Shown: in pieces, positions 16,986 to 28,435 of the stretch
Numbering within the stretch: the stretch's first letter is position 1
Layout of the letters: the number at the start of each line of letters is the position of its first letter
DNA from: an uncultured Gemmatimonadaceae bacterium
GTDB taxonomy: Bacteria; Gemmatimonadota; Gemmatimonadetes; Gemmatimonadales; Gemmatimonadaceae
NCBI GenBank assembly: GCA_963829055.1
Contig: CAWHHI010000020.1
Coordinates: 192,001-256,000, forward strand
DNA length: 64,000 bases
Direction: 5' to 3'
Notes under the pieces: generated by a model
Seen by the model: the letters and a program-made list of their open reading frames with translations, nothing else
What the model was told of the DNA's origin: nothing
The model's database searches: none
Program-made: the position numbers and the translations under genes

Positions 16986-17178
16986 TCCGCAAAATCGCGA
17001 ACGCCGACCGAGTAACCGTCATCTTTTCACCCCCACACCAGTCCTGCGCGCGCGCCCGAAGCATGTACATTAGCCGCGTCTCACCGCCGGATCGCCACGC
17101 CTCGCCTAACGGCCAGGCATGACGACCGGCACCGGCATGCACAGGAACGGAAGCAACAGACGCAGGGAGGTGTCGAAG

Positions 17179-18312
17179 ATGGCCCGGAAGATCCTGTTCG
17201 TGATTCATGGTATCGCCCAGCGCGCGCCTGACAATGCCACCGACAAGCCACGCGTCGCGGCGGACGGCTGGCACGTCGATCTCGTTCACAACTTCATCGC
17301 GCTCGCGGGAAAACACGCACCCGGCGTGGACATCGGGCTCAACCCCGGACTGGACGGCGTCAAGATCGTGCCGCTGTCCTACTGCGATCTCCTCATCGAG
17401 CAACTCGAGCGCTGGGACTCACTCGGCGACAAGAACGTCGCGGACGCCGTCGCCAAACAATTCCCCGGCGTGCCTGCCGAGTTGGTGAACGTGCTGCGCG
17501 ACATCTCGACGGCCGACGCGCCGTACTTCTGGAAAGGCGGCGTCGACATCCTGCTGTATCGCGTGTTCAACGACGCCGCCATCCGCTCGCACGTGCGCTC
17601 GCAGGTCACACGCGCGCTGTTCGACAACGCCGTGAACGGCGTGCTCCCGTCGTGCGGCTTCATCACGCACAGCATGGGCACCGCCGTCATGCACGACGTG
17701 CTCGCGGAGATCTTCGCGAACCCGCAGGAGTTCGGCGGCTTCGTGAACATGGACATCGACATCTACGTCAGCCTCGCGAACGTCAGCAAAGTTCTCGAGA
17801 ACGTCGCGAACCCGCAGAAGTCTCCCGTTAGGCCCTTCGGCGCGCCCGGCATTGGCCGAGCGCGGTGCCGGTCATTCGTGAACGCGCATCACGACTCGGA
17901 CCCTGTTCCCTTCCTCGGCCTGTTCAAGCCGGACTGGGACACCGCCACGACACCGTACCGCGATGTGCGCATCGAGCGCATCAAGGAGCCCAACACACAC
18001 TCGTACCAGCGATACCTCGAGAACCCACGCGTGTGGGTGCCGATCTTCCGCACGCTGCTCGAGACGTCCATCAGCAAGCAGCAGGCGGACGACCTCATCG
18101 CGGAATACGACGCGACGCCCGCGGCGGCGTGCCCGCAGGCACTCGACGATCTCTGTCAGGCCGTGAAGGGCATCGCCGAAGCGTGGAAGAACCGCGCGGG
18201 TGCGGTTGGCACGTGGCAGTTCGTCGTCGAGCTCACGAAGGCACGACGCGTGATCGACGAAGCGCGGCAGCAGTGCTTCGGCCCAGGCGGTGGGCTGGGG
18301 TCCGTCATATGA
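17179..18312 (+). CDS. Hypothetical alpha/beta-hydrolase-fold protein
   Basis: LFVIHGI, ITHSMGT nucleophile elbow, DPV and NTHS; RBS gggagg. Confidence 0.7.
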   Translation: MARKILFVIHGIAQRAPDNATDKPRVAADGWHVDLVHNFIALAGKHAPGVDIGLNPGLDGVKIVPLSYCDLLIEQLERWDSLGDKNVADAVAKQFPGVPAELVNVLRDISTADAPYFWKGGVDILLYRVFNDAAIRSHVRSQVTRALFDNAVNGVLPSCGFITHSMGTAVMHDVLAEIFANPQEFGGFVNMDIDIYVSLANVSKVLENVANPQKSPVRPFGAPGIGRARCRSFVNAHHDSDPVPFLGLFKPDWDTATTPYRDVRIERIKEPNTHSYQRYLENPRVWVPIFRTLLETSISKQQADDLIAEYDATPAAACPQALDDLCQAVKGIAEAWKNRAGAVGTWQFVVELTKARRVIDEARQQCFGPGGGLGSVI

Positions 18313-19388
18313 GGGCGCTCGGAGTAGTGCTGCTGTTGCAGCTGACGCTGGTCGCGCCCGCGCACGCCCAGGGTCTCGGGAGCTGCCAGGATCCGTGGGG
18401 GAAGCCGCCCGGCCTAACGGGAAAGACACGCGCCGTTCACCCCGACCGCCTCCGCGAGCGGTTCGCGCGCTCGATCGCCACGCACGACTGGGCGACGGCG
18501 TTCGCGGGCGCCGTCGCGGTGATCGACACAACCCTGAATCGCGTCGGTGGGCAGTCGGCCGAATTCGACCGGATCCGCCGGGCCTTCGTGGGCGCCGCGG
18601 ACACGGTCGCGGTCGGACTCGCGCGCGCGCTCCAGCGACCGCAGTCGGAGCTCGCGGGCGCACTGGCCGAACTCGAGATCAACCAGTTCCGTCCCGTCAC
18701 GAACGTGGATGGCAACCTCGTCATCCTGCAGAGTAACCGCATCCCGTTAGGCATCACACTCGACAGCACGCGCCTCTCCGCCGACCAGCTCGAGGCCGTC
18801 TGCTGGAGCGGCTGGAGCCTCCATCGGCTGCTCTCGAACGTCAACTTCGAGACGATTCCCGGCGCGCTCGCACGCATCGAAGCGCAGGAGCGTCGGTGGG
18901 AGCGCTACCGCACCAACGGGCCAATGCAGCTGCCGCACGAGATGGCCCTCAATCGCGTGCGTCGCTTCGTCGTTCCGCCACGCGGCTCGTCGCGCTTCAA
19001 TCCGCCTCGCTTCGATCTCGTCGCCGTGCATCCGTTCGCCGGCATCGAGCTCGTGCGCACAGACGACGCCGTCGCAACCACGCCGTCCGTCGCCGCGGAG
19101 ATCGGCGGGGCCACGTTCTGGATCAACGATTGGAAGCAGCACATCGGCGCGTCGTGGGTGCTGGCGTACGACAGCGACGGACGCATCGGTCGCGGTCCGC
19201 TGGTCAGGCTCGGCGGCTATGTGACCGCGGGCGTGCTCGCTCGCACGGACGCGGGCGGTAAGAGCAGGAAGTCTCTGCTCATCAACATCGACGCGCTCCG
19301 GTTGCTCAAGCCGGACGTCGCGCCGCAGGCCGTGCGACAGGCACAGAGCATCGCTGGCGAAGTGCTCGATCGGCTCCCGCCGCGATAG
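18309..19388 (+). CDS. Secreted hypothetical protein
   Basis: ATGA overlap with the upstream stop; signal peptide MRALGVVLLLQLTLVAPAHA. Confidence 0.7.
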   Translation: MRALGVVLLLQLTLVAPAHAQGLGSCQDPWGKPPGLTGKTRAVHPDRLRERFARSIATHDWATAFAGAVAVIDTTLNRVGGQSAEFDRIRRAFVGAADTVAVGLARALQRPQSELAGALAELEINQFRPVTNVDGNLVILQSNRIPLGITLDSTRLSADQLEAVCWSGWSLHRLLSNVNFETIPGALARIEAQERRWERYRTNGPMQLPHEMALNRVRRFVVPPRGSSRFNPPRFDLVAVHPFAGIELVRTDDAVATTPSVAAEIGGATFWINDWKQHIGASWVLAYDSDGRIGRGPLVRLGGYVTAGVLARTDAGGKSRKSLLINIDALRLLKPDVAPQAVRQAQSIAGEVLDRLPPR

Positions 19389-19419
19389 CGAACGGTCGAC
19401 CTGACGACAGATAGTCTCG

Positions 19420-20169
19420 TTAGGTCGACCGCATGAGGCTACAGCCAGCCTCCTGCGCCATGAGCATTCCGAACACGCCCGTCGGCATGAGGGTCGCGCC
19501 AGGCACGAGGTTGGCCTTGATCTCCTCGTAGACCGTGCGGAAGTCCTGCTTCGTCGCGGTCGCGGTGCGAGACGAGAAGCCGCGCGTCGCGAGATCACAC
19601 CCGATGAAGATGACGCCGCGCGCCGTCAGCGATTTGATGAGCGGCGTCGGCTTCTCGCTCACGACTTCCTTGCCCTCGGCATCCAGCTTCTGATAGTAGA
19701 TGTTCCGCGTCACCGGCTTCTTCGTCTTCTCGTCCAGCGTCTTGGTGGACGTGCCGATGTCGTACTTCGCCCACATCGCGTCGTTGTAGAGCAACGGCAC
19801 GGCGCGGTGGCGCAGGACCACGACCACACTCGCGTCGGAATCGCCCGTCCCGAAGACGTCCTTCACGGAGCCCAGGTAGCTCATCGCGTGGTAGAGCGCC
19901 GTGCCGTCCTCGATCTCAGGAGAGTCGAACACCGCTTTGTGTTTCGCCGTGATGCGATCCATCCAGCTCGGATCCCACTTCACTGGCGGTAGCTGCGGAG
20001 GCGGCGATGACGGCGGTGCCGCCGCGGGCGTCGGGGCCTGGCTGGCGGCGGTAGCAGCCGTGGCGGCGGGCGTGCACGCCGCAGCAGCAATGGCAGCGGC
20101 ACCAACGGCGAGCTCACCAATGAACTGGCGGCGTGGAGTGCGAGAGTCGTTGTTTGACGAGCGGCTCAT
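19420..20169 (-). CDS. Tat-exported DsrE-like hypothetical protein
   Basis: PRRQFIG twin-arginine signal; HKAVFDSP, VVLRH, RGVIFIGC and AQEAGC motifs. Confidence 0.75.
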   Translation of the reverse strand: MSRSSNNDSRTPRRQFIGELAVGAAAIAAAACTPAATAATAASQAPTPAAAPPSSPPPQLPPVKWDPSWMDRITAKHKAVFDSPEIEDGTALYHAMSYLGSVKDVFGTGDSDASVVVVLRHRAVPLLYNDAMWAKYDIGTSTKTLDEKTKKPVTRNIYYQKLDAEGKEVVSEKPTPLIKSLTARGVIFIGCDLATRGFSSRTATATKQDFRTVYEEIKANLVPGATLMPTGVFGMLMAQEAGCSLMRST

Positions 20170-20423
20170 GGACGGGTCTCGTGGATGAACGGCCTGACGC
20201 GAGGAGGCCTCCGAAACTAAGGCCCGGCACCACCGGGCGCACGACCGGACTGTGCAAATTGCCAAGCCGCCGGGGCATACCGGTGCCCCAGGGCGCGGGG
20301 CCGCCCTTCGGCACCACCGTCACAGGAGCACTCACGATATCCGAAGGGGCCGGCAAGCCACCTCGCTCGCCGACCCCTTCGCTCATCCACGCCGCCGGTA
20401 CGGCTACCGGTTCCTACCGGTTC

Positions 20424-21407
20424 CTAGCGGTTCCAGGCCGGCGAGATGTCGAGCGCGGCGCTGGTCGTTAGGCGTGTGACGCCGGTCCCGTCCGCGTTCA
20501 TGGTGAAGATGTCCGAGTTGCCGCCGCGGATGCTGATGAAGGCGAGCTGCTTGCCGTCAGGCGACCATGACGGAGCCAGGTCCTGCACGGCAGTGCCCGG
20601 CCCGTCGGTGAGGCGGCTGATCTGCCGGTCATCGATGTTGATCACGAACACGTCGCTCGTCAGAATGTTGTCGTCGCCCGAGTCGAACGCCGTGCTGTAC
20701 GCGATCTGTTTGCCGCCGGGTGCCCAACTGGGCTCGCGCACGTCCGTATCGACCGACTCGTTCGTCAGGCGGGTGACCTGCAGACCATCGAGGGTCACCA
20801 CGTAGAGGTCGGTCGTCTGATCCGACGCGCCATCACGTGCGCTGACGAACGCGATCTGCTTCCCGTCGGGCGACCACGATGGGTCGGCGTCCGTGCCGGC
20901 GGCATTGGTCACACGACTCACGCCACTGCCATCATCGTTCATGGTGTAGATGTCACCGGCGGGATCGTTCCGCATGCTGACGAACGCGATGCGCTTGCCG
21001 TCCTTCGACCAGGTCGGCGACGTGTCGATGCCACCGCTCTCCGTCAATCGGCGGACACCGCTCCCGTCCGCATTCATCACGTAGATCTCGCCGAACGAGT
21101 CCTGTCGCAGGCTCACGAACGCGATTCGCTTTCCATCCGGCGACCACGCCGGCGCGACGTCGGGCCCCGCCGAATTCGTCAATCGGCTGACGCCGCTCCC
21201 GTCGGGGTTCATGCTGTAGATCTCGAAGTTACCCGGCGCATCGCGATCGCTCACGAACAGAATCCGGCGATTGTTACCACCGACGTTCGTGCCCAGCGAC
21301 GGGCCACTCGGCGCGTTAGGCGCGGTGGGCAGCGGCCGCGTCGCGTCATCGCATGCGGCGGTGGAAAGAAGTCCGAGGACGATGAGGGTGCGTTGTATGC
21401 GGAACAT
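20424..21407 (-). CDS. TolB-like PD40-repeat lipoprotein
   Basis: Repeated PAWSPDGKRIAFVS / EIYVMNADGSG units; TAAC lipobox. Confidence 0.88.
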   Translation of the reverse strand: MFRIQRTLIVLGLLSTAACDDATRPLPTAPNAPSGPSLGTNVGGNNRRILFVSDRDAPGNFEIYSMNPDGSGVSRLTNSAGPDVAPAWSPDGKRIAFVSLRQDSFGEIYVMNADGSGVRRLTESGGIDTSPTWSKDGKRIAFVSMRNDPAGDIYTMNDDGSGVSRVTNAAGTDADPSWSPDGKQIAFVSARDGASDQTTDLYVVTLDGLQVTRLTNESVDTDVREPSWAPGGKQIAYSTAFDSGDDNILTSDVFVINIDDRQISRLTDGPGTAVQDLAPSWSPDGKQLAFISIRGGNSDIFTMNADGTGVTRLTTSAALDISPAWNR

Positions 21408-21451
21408 GGTGAAGCTCCTTATGGGTTCAGCGGTGGGTTGGGTCGTGTGGA

Positions 21452-22454
21452 CTAGCGATTCCAGGCGGGGCTCACATCCGCCGCTGGGTTGGTCTTCAGG
21501 ACTGTGACGCCGGTGCCGTTCGCGTTCATGATCGCGATGTCCGAATTGAAGTCGAGCTCGCGGACGAACGCGATCAGCTTGCCGTCGGGTGACCACGACG
21601 GCTGGGAGTCGTTGGTGCCGCCCGGGCCGCCCGTGAGGCGCGTGACGCGATTGCCGTCCAGATCCAGAACGTAGATGTCCTGACTCAGCACGTCCGGCTC
21701 GCCATTGGTACCACCGGGCAGCTGCACGAGCGTGTTGAACGCGATCTGCTTGCCGCCCGGCGCCCAGCTCGGCGCCTGGACCCGCACGCCTTCCCACGTT
21801 AGGCGATTGACCTGCCGGGTGTCGACGTCCACGACATACAACTCGGTACTTCCGCCATTCAGCGCATCCCGCGCGCTGACGAACACGATCTGCTTGCCGT
21901 CGGGCGACCACGCCGGCTCGCCGTCCGTGCCGGTGAATTCGGTCAAACGAGACACGCCGCTGCCATCCGCGGCGTTCATGACGTAGATCTCGCCCTGCTC
22001 ATCGTCACGGGTGCTGACGAACGCGATCCGCTTGCCGTCCTTCGACCAGGTCGGCGCCTCGTCCAGATGGTTGTCGAACGTCAGCCGCTGGACGGCCGTC
22101 CCGTCGGCGTTCATCACGTAGATCTCACCGTTCGGGTCGTGGCGGTTGCTGACGAACGCGACCCGCTTGCCATCGGGCGACCACGCGGGCTGGACGTCGA
22201 AGCCGGCCGACGTTGGTGAGCCGATCCAGCCCAGACCCGTCGGGGTTCATGCTGTAGATCTCCACGTTGCCGATCTCGTCGCGCGAACTGGCGAACAGGA
22301 TTCGCCTGTTATTGCCGCCGTTATTCACGCCGAGCGACGAAGCTGGCGGCGCCGCGGGTGCGGTGGGTGTGGACTGATCCGCGCACGCGGCAACGGCCAG
22401 GAGCACTCCGAGCATCAAGGGGATACGAGCAGGTGCGGCGAGGGTTGGGTGCAT
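21452..22454 (-). CDS. TolB-like PD40-repeat lipoprotein, paralog (apparent frameshift around 22120-22215)
   Basis: Same repeat units and the same GGNNRRILF...PAWNR frame as the neighbour; split across ORFs. Confidence 0.8.
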
Positions 22455-22520
22455 GGCGAAGCTCCTTATGGCGTCAGATGGGGGATCGTTGCTCGAGGGT
22501 CCGAGGCCGCGGTCTACCGT

Positions 22521-22534
22521 GTTGGTATACCAAC
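22521..22534. promoter_or_regulatory. Perfect 14-bp palindrome, candidate operator
   Basis: GTTGGTATACCAAC, about 65 bp upstream of the first TolB-like gene. Confidence 0.4.
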
Positions 22535-22655
22535 CGCGACGGACGACAAGGTGCGCCCACCACGCGCGCACGAGTATCCGGCGGAGGACCGGAAGTCGAC
22601 TCACGATGATTGTGTGCGGGAACTACCCGAGGAGGGGCGGAGCCCCTGACTTTCG

Positions 22656-23360
22656 TCAGGCCTCGGTGGCGCTCTCAGCGTCGAGGCCGTGCTTCGCCGC
22701 GAGCAACGCGGCCTGCGTGCGGTCACCCGCACCGATCTTCGGCAGCATCGCGCTGATGTACCCCTTCACCGTGCCGACGCTCAGATGCAGTGCAGCGGCG
22801 ATCTGCTTGTTGGCGTGCCCACGTGCTATGAGCCGGAGCACGTCGAGCTCACGCGGCGTTAGGTGCGCGAACGGCGATGGCGCGGCCGGAGCGGAGACCT
22901 TCCGCATGAGACGCCCCTGCGCGCGTGGATCGAGCGTCGGCAACCCGCGAGCGGCGGCGTGGATCGCCTGAACGAGCTGGGCGCGCATCGTATCCTTCAG
23001 CAGGTACCCGATCGCGCCCGCTCTGACGGCGTCGATGATGCACTCATCGTCCGGCCGTGTGGTGAGAATGAGGACGTGGGTCGTCGAGCCCGTGGCGCGG
23101 ATCCGCTCGGTCGCCGCGATCCCGTCCAGGCGCGGCATCATCACATCCATCAACACGACGTCAGGACGCAGCCGCTCCACCAGACGCACCGCTTCCTCCC
23201 CATCCACGGCCTCGCCGACGACCTCGATCGTCTCGTGTTCCTCGGAGAGGATCATCCGAAGGCCCTCGCGGACGATCTCGTGGTCATCCGCGACAAGCAC
23301 GCGTGTCCGCACGCCGCGCGGCGCCTCGCTTTCCGGCTTCGAGGTGCTCACGATGGCCAC
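22656..23360 (-). CDS. NarL/LuxR-family response regulator
   Basis: VLVADDH, DVVLMDVMMP, GYLLKD and LTPRELDVLRLIARG HTH. Confidence 0.93.
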   Translation of the reverse strand: MAIVSTSKPESEAPRGVRTRVLVADDHEIVREGLRMILSEEHETIEVVGEAVDGEEAVRLVERLRPDVVLMDVMMPRLDGIAATERIRATGSTTHVLILTTRPDDECIIDAVRAGAIGYLLKDTMRAQLVQAIHAAARGLPTLDPRAQGRLMRKVSAPAAPSPFAHLTPRELDVLRLIARGHANKQIAAALHLSVGTVKGYISAMLPKIGAGDRTQAALLAAKHGLDAESATEA

Positions 23361-23525
23361 ATTGGTCGCCTCGTAGCGGGCTCCTGGGAGCGCCGATGAT
23401 GCGAGACCAACCGCGTGGCCGCAATGGAACGAAGTGCGAGAAGTAGGGCACTCGCGTTAGAATGGAGGCATCCTGGCGTCTTCAAGGCCGCCGCGCACAC
23501 CAGTACGCCCGCCACTCAATCGCTC

Positions 23526-24769
23526 ATGCCCACCGCCCCGCTCGGTATCGGCTTCATCGGCAGCGGCTTCAACACGCGCTTTCACATCCAGGCGCTTCCA
23601 GGCCGTTCGCGACGCCGAGGTGCGCGGCGTCTGGAGCCCGAACAGGAAGAACGCCGCTTCGGCGGCCGAGCTCGCGCGCACGCTCGACGTCGGCGACGCG
23701 AAGGCGTACGCGAGCATCACCGACATGGTCGCGGACCCGGCCATCGACGCGATCTGGCTCTGCGGACCGAATCACGCCCGCATTGAGAACGTGTCGGAGA
23801 TCGTACACGCAATCGAGTCGGGGCGCGGTGACGCTCAAAGGCATCGCCTGCGAGAAGCCGCTCGCCCGCAACGTGGCCGAGGCGAAGCGGGTGAACGAGC
23901 TCGTTAGGCGCGTCAAGCTGCCGACCGGCTATCTCGAGAACCAGCTGTTCTCTCCGCAGGTGGAGCTCGGGAAGTCCCTGCTCTGGGCCCGTGGCGCGTC
24001 GAACACGGGACGCCCCTACCTCGCCCGTGCAGCCGAGGAGCACAGCGGTCCGCACATGCCGTGGTTCTGGCGCGGCGAGCTGCAGGGTGGCGGCGTGCTG
24101 AACGACATGATGTGCCACTCGGCCCTCGTCGTCAGGCACCTGCTCACGAAGCCGGGCGCGTCGTACGACACCGTGAAGCCGGTTCGCATCACCGGTCACA
24201 TCGCGAGCCTCAAGTGGTCGCGCCCGGAGTACGCGAAGCGGCTGTCGAAGACGATGGGCAAGGAAGTCGACTACACGAAGACGCCGTCCGAGGACTTCGC
24301 GAGCGTCATGATCGAGTTCGAGACGGACGACGGCTTCACCGTGCTCGGCGAAGCGTCCACATCGTGGAGCTTCGTCGGCGCGGGGCTTCGCCTGTCGGCC
24401 GAGTTGTTAGGCCCGGAGTACTCGATGTCGTGGAACACGCTCGACTCGGGGCTCAAGCTGTTCTTCAGCCGCGAGGTGAAGGGCCGTCAGGGTGAGGACC
24501 TCGTCGAGAAGCAGAACGCCGAGATGGGCTTGATGCCGGTGGTCGCGAGCGAGGCGGCCGCGTATGGCTACGAGGCGGAGGACCGCCACTTCGTGCGCGT
24601 CTTTCAGGGCAAGGAAGAGCCCAAGCTCACGTTCGACGATGGCGTCGAAGTCGTGAAGATCCTCATGACCGCGTATGCGAGCGCCGAGCAGGGGAAGACG
24701 CTCGCGTTTCCGCCGAAGGGGATCGACAAGTTCGTGCCCCAGGTCGCACGCGGAGCGTGGAAGCCGTGA
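23526..24769 (+). CDS. Gfo/Idh/MocA family oxidoreductase (apparent frameshifts near 23600 and 23830)
   Basis: IGFIGSGF, CEKPLARN and GGGVLNDMMCH motifs. Confidence 0.85.
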
Positions 24770-26753
24770 CGGCACCTACGCGAGCGCGAGGCGGCATGGC
24801 CTCGGGGCAGAGCTCGACGCTCGTGCAGACGGTGGACATCGAGACGCCGGAGCTGGTGACGTTCAGCTACACCATCGCTGGCGTCGGCTCGCGCGTCGCC
24901 GCGGCGCTGATCGACTATCTCCTGTGCCTCCTGCTGTTCATCGCGATCATCGTCGGGATGGCGTTCATCGGCGCGAGCCGATTGGTGCGGTTAGGCGGAA
25001 CGTCGTCGGACGCGTGGGCGCTCGCGATCGTGGTGCTCGCGCAGTTCTTCATCCTGTGGGGCTACTACGTGCTGTGGGAGGGGCTGGCCGACGGCCAGAC
25101 TCCGGGCAAGCGCTACATGCGCCTCCGCGTCGTGAGCGACGGTGGCTACTCGGTGTCGTTCGCCGGCTCGGCCATCCGCAATCTCGTCAGGATCGTGGAC
25201 ATGCAACCGGTGTTCACGTATGGCGCCGGGATCGTGAGCATTCTCGCGACGAAGCAGGGCAAGCGACTGGGTGATCTCGCCGCGGGAACGCTCGTGGTGC
25301 GTGAACAACTTGTTCATCGGGAATCGGGAATCGGGCGGGACGCGCGCCGAAGGCGGGCGGCGGGAATCGAGCAAAGACCGTGGTGCAGCATCGGCCGGCG
25401 ACGGTGCCGCGTCAGGCACGGCTCACCGACGACGAGTTCGCCGTCGTCGAGCGGTTCATGGAGCGACGGTCAGCCTTGGATCCGGTGCGACGCGTTGAGC
25501 TCGCGACTCGCCTCGTGGAGCGGTTCGCGAGCGCGTTCGTCGGCTATTCAACTACTGCTGGCAGCCCGCTCGATCAGCTGTTCGAGCTGTACGCGGACGA
25601 GCGTCAGGCGCGCGCGAGCGGCGCGGTCGTGGGACGCGAGACGGGCGCGGCGCGTGAGCGTCACGCCATCGTCGCGTCAGGCACACCGAGATGGTCGTCG
25701 TTCGCGGCGCGGCTCGATCGCGCGCAGCACGGCGGGCTCAAGTCGCTCGGCGAGGATGGCGTGCGGAACTTCGTGGCCGAGTATCGGGACCTCGCGGCGG
25801 ATCTCGCGCGATTGCAGACGGCGGCGCGCGGTCGCGAGCGCGATGAGGTGTTCTACCTGAGCCGCCTCATGGCCGGCGCGCACAACCTGTTGTATCGCGG
25901 TCGCGCGCTGACGCTGAACGATTTATGGCGGACGTTCGCGGTCGACGCGCCGCGCGAGGTGCGACGCTCGTGGCGTCCCATCGCGCTCGCCGGGCTGTTG
26001 ATGTTCGGGCCGGCGATCATCGCGTACACAGCGGTGGTGCGCGATCCACCGGTCGCGCGCGTGTTCATTCCCCCGGCGATGCTGGACCGCGCGGAGGATG
26101 GCGTGAGGCGAGCGCGGCAGGGCCAGGGATACATCGAGGATCCCGAGCTGTTCCGTCCGGTGATGGCGACGAGCATCATCGCGAACAACGTGCAGGTGAC
26201 GTTCGCGGCGTTCGCCATGGGAATCGCGTTAGGCATCGGGACGGTGATCGTGCTCGTGACGAATGGCGTCAGCATCGGCGGCGTGTTCGGGCTCTACGCG
26301 TCGAAGGGGATCGGAACGCTGCTGGTCAAGTTCGTGGCGCCACACGGCGTGCTGGAGCTGACCGCGATCTGCATCGGCGGCGGGGCCGGCTTGCTGCTGG
26401 CGGCGGCGATATTGATCCCGGGGAATCGTCCGCGGAGCGTGGCGCTGCGCGAGAACGGTCGGCGCGCGATCCGGCTGATCGCGGCGTCGACGGTGCTGCT
26501 GCTGATTGCGGGAACGCTGGAGGGTTTCGTGTCGCCGATCGAGACGTGGCCGCTCTCGTGGAAGCTCGCGGTCTCGGCCGCGACGGCGGTGTTCCTGGCG
26601 GCGTACTTGTCAGGCGGACGCAGAGCGGGTCGTTCCTGCGACTCCAGCGGAGACAATACCGGTCGGAGACGACTTGCTCGGCCTTCGGCCAGCTATCCCG
26701 GCGACGCGACGTCAGCAGAACTGCGTTCGACAACCCGTCTCAGACTCGCATAG
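24766..26753 (+). CDS. RDD-domain plus SpoIIM-domain membrane protein (frameshift near 25390)
   Basis: IAGVGSRVAAALID, GQTPGK and KRLGDLAAGT (RDD); YRDLAADLA, PHGVLEL and AGTLEGFVS (SpoIIM). Confidence 0.8.
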
Positions 26754-27062
26754 TAGTGCGCGCAATCGGACAGCGCCGCAGAAGATCTGGCGGATCGATT
26801 CCCGGCGAACGCAGAAGGACCAGAAAAAGGCGTCCGGACGCCGGCGGTGCACCAGGCCTTTGGATGCAAGAACGAGCCTCGGGACGCATCGACGAGCCGG
26901 TGCTCCCGACGCCCGAGTTCTCCTCATCTCAGTGGCTGCGTTGTAATACGCCCGCGCTGCCTCTCCACGGGATGACAGCATCCGGCCGATCCGCCCAGAT
27001 CCGTTCGCACTTCGCGTGCTGCGATGCTTGCGGCAGGAAGTCCGACGCCACACGCGCCATGC

Positions 27063-28414
27063 CTACAACGCCCCGCGGCCTTTGATCTCGAGGTACTTGT
27101 TCACGACCGCTGCTGTCATGGCCTGCGGTGACACGTCGAGCACATTCACGCCCGCGCGACGCATGCGCTCGAGCACCGTGTGTCGGCCCGCAACCAACTC
27201 CTCCGCCGCCGCGCTCGTGAAGAGTGCCAGGTCACGCTCGCCGCGCGGCACCGCCGCCTCGAACACGGCGTCGTTGCGGAGGGCGACCACCACCACGAGG
27301 TGCCGGCCGGCGCTGCGCGTCACGTGCGCGACCAGCGCCCGCGATGCACGCTCGTCGATCACATCGGTGAAGAACACGATCAGCGCGCGCCGACGTTGCC
27401 GGCTGGCCAGATAGCGGAAGGCAGCCGGCGTAGTCCGGCTCGGCCATGGTCGCCGTGACGGGAATGAGTGCATTCCGCACGAGCCGTAGGGCAGCGTCAC
27501 CACGGTTCGGCGGCACGAACGCACGGACCTCCTGATCGAACACCATCGTGCCCACGCGATCGCCTGACGTCGCCGCGACGTCCGTCAGCACGAGGGCGGC
27601 CGAGAGGGCGTGCTCGAGCCGCGAGAACTCGCCGGCGAGCTGCGTCATCGCGCGGCCGCACTCGATCATCGTGAAGATCGTCTGCGACTGCTCGATGGTG
27701 AACTCGCGCACCATGTGCTTCCGCCGCCGCGCCGTCGCCTTCCAGTCGATGTGACGCGGGTCGTCGCCGACGGCGTAGTCGCGAAGGCCGGCGAACGCGC
27801 GACTGTCGCCGCGCTGCCGGAGCACGCGCACGCCCGCGGTGTGCAGACGATGCTGCACCGCGAGCAGGCGGAATCGCCTGCACGTTCGACACCGACGGCG
27901 TGACGAGAATCGTGTCGCTCGGCGCGAACGTCGCGCGCGACGCGAGGAGACCGAGCCGCGTGTTCGACTGCAGCCCGACGCGACCTAACGCGGCGAGTCC
28001 TCGCACCATCCCCGACAACTCGAACGGCACAGCGCGCGGTGCCACGCGCCGGGGAGCTCGACGTCAGCGGTCCGCAACGCCACCGCGAACGGCTGACGGC
28101 ATCTCGTCGACGACGTTGACACGGAGCGCGCGCGGCCACGCGGAGCGGAGGGTGTACGCGCCCGCGACGCGGTCGCCGATCCCGACAGCACCGGCAACGT
28201 CGCGCTCGATGATCACTCCGCGCCGTCCGGGCAACGTGACCCAATCGGCAAGCACGAGCACCACCAGCACGACGATCCCGGCGAGACCGGCGTAGATACC
28301 AATGCGACCCGGGAGAAGCCACAGCACCCCGACACCCGCGACCGCCCACGCTAAACGCCGCGTGGGGATTACGCGAAGCCACAGGCGCTGCGGATGAGTC
28401 TCGTTAGGAGGCAT
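27063..28414 (-). CDS. DUF58 domain protein (several apparent frameshifts)
   Basis: FAGLRDYAVGDDPRHIDWKATAR, GDRVG, RRALIVFFTD and YLEIKGRGAL. Confidence 0.85.
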
Positions 28415-28435
28415 CGGCGTCGACTGCGGCTGGTG

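Noticed and set aside
17057..17070. LexA box upstream of intI (cgaagcatgtacat)
   Set aside because: It does not fit CTGT-N8-ACAG or GAAC-N4-GTTC spacing, and the LexA motif for this lineage is unknown to me.
17104..17110. GCCTAAC upstream of intI as a canonical attI
   Set aside because: It points toward intI rather than away, no attC follows on that side, and the motif is common throughout the window.
26760..27060. Gene or element in the gap between the SpoIIM-like and DUF58 genes
   Set aside because: Only a short imperfect inverted repeat (gatctggcggatcg / cgatccgcccagatc) and no credible ORF; too weak to call.
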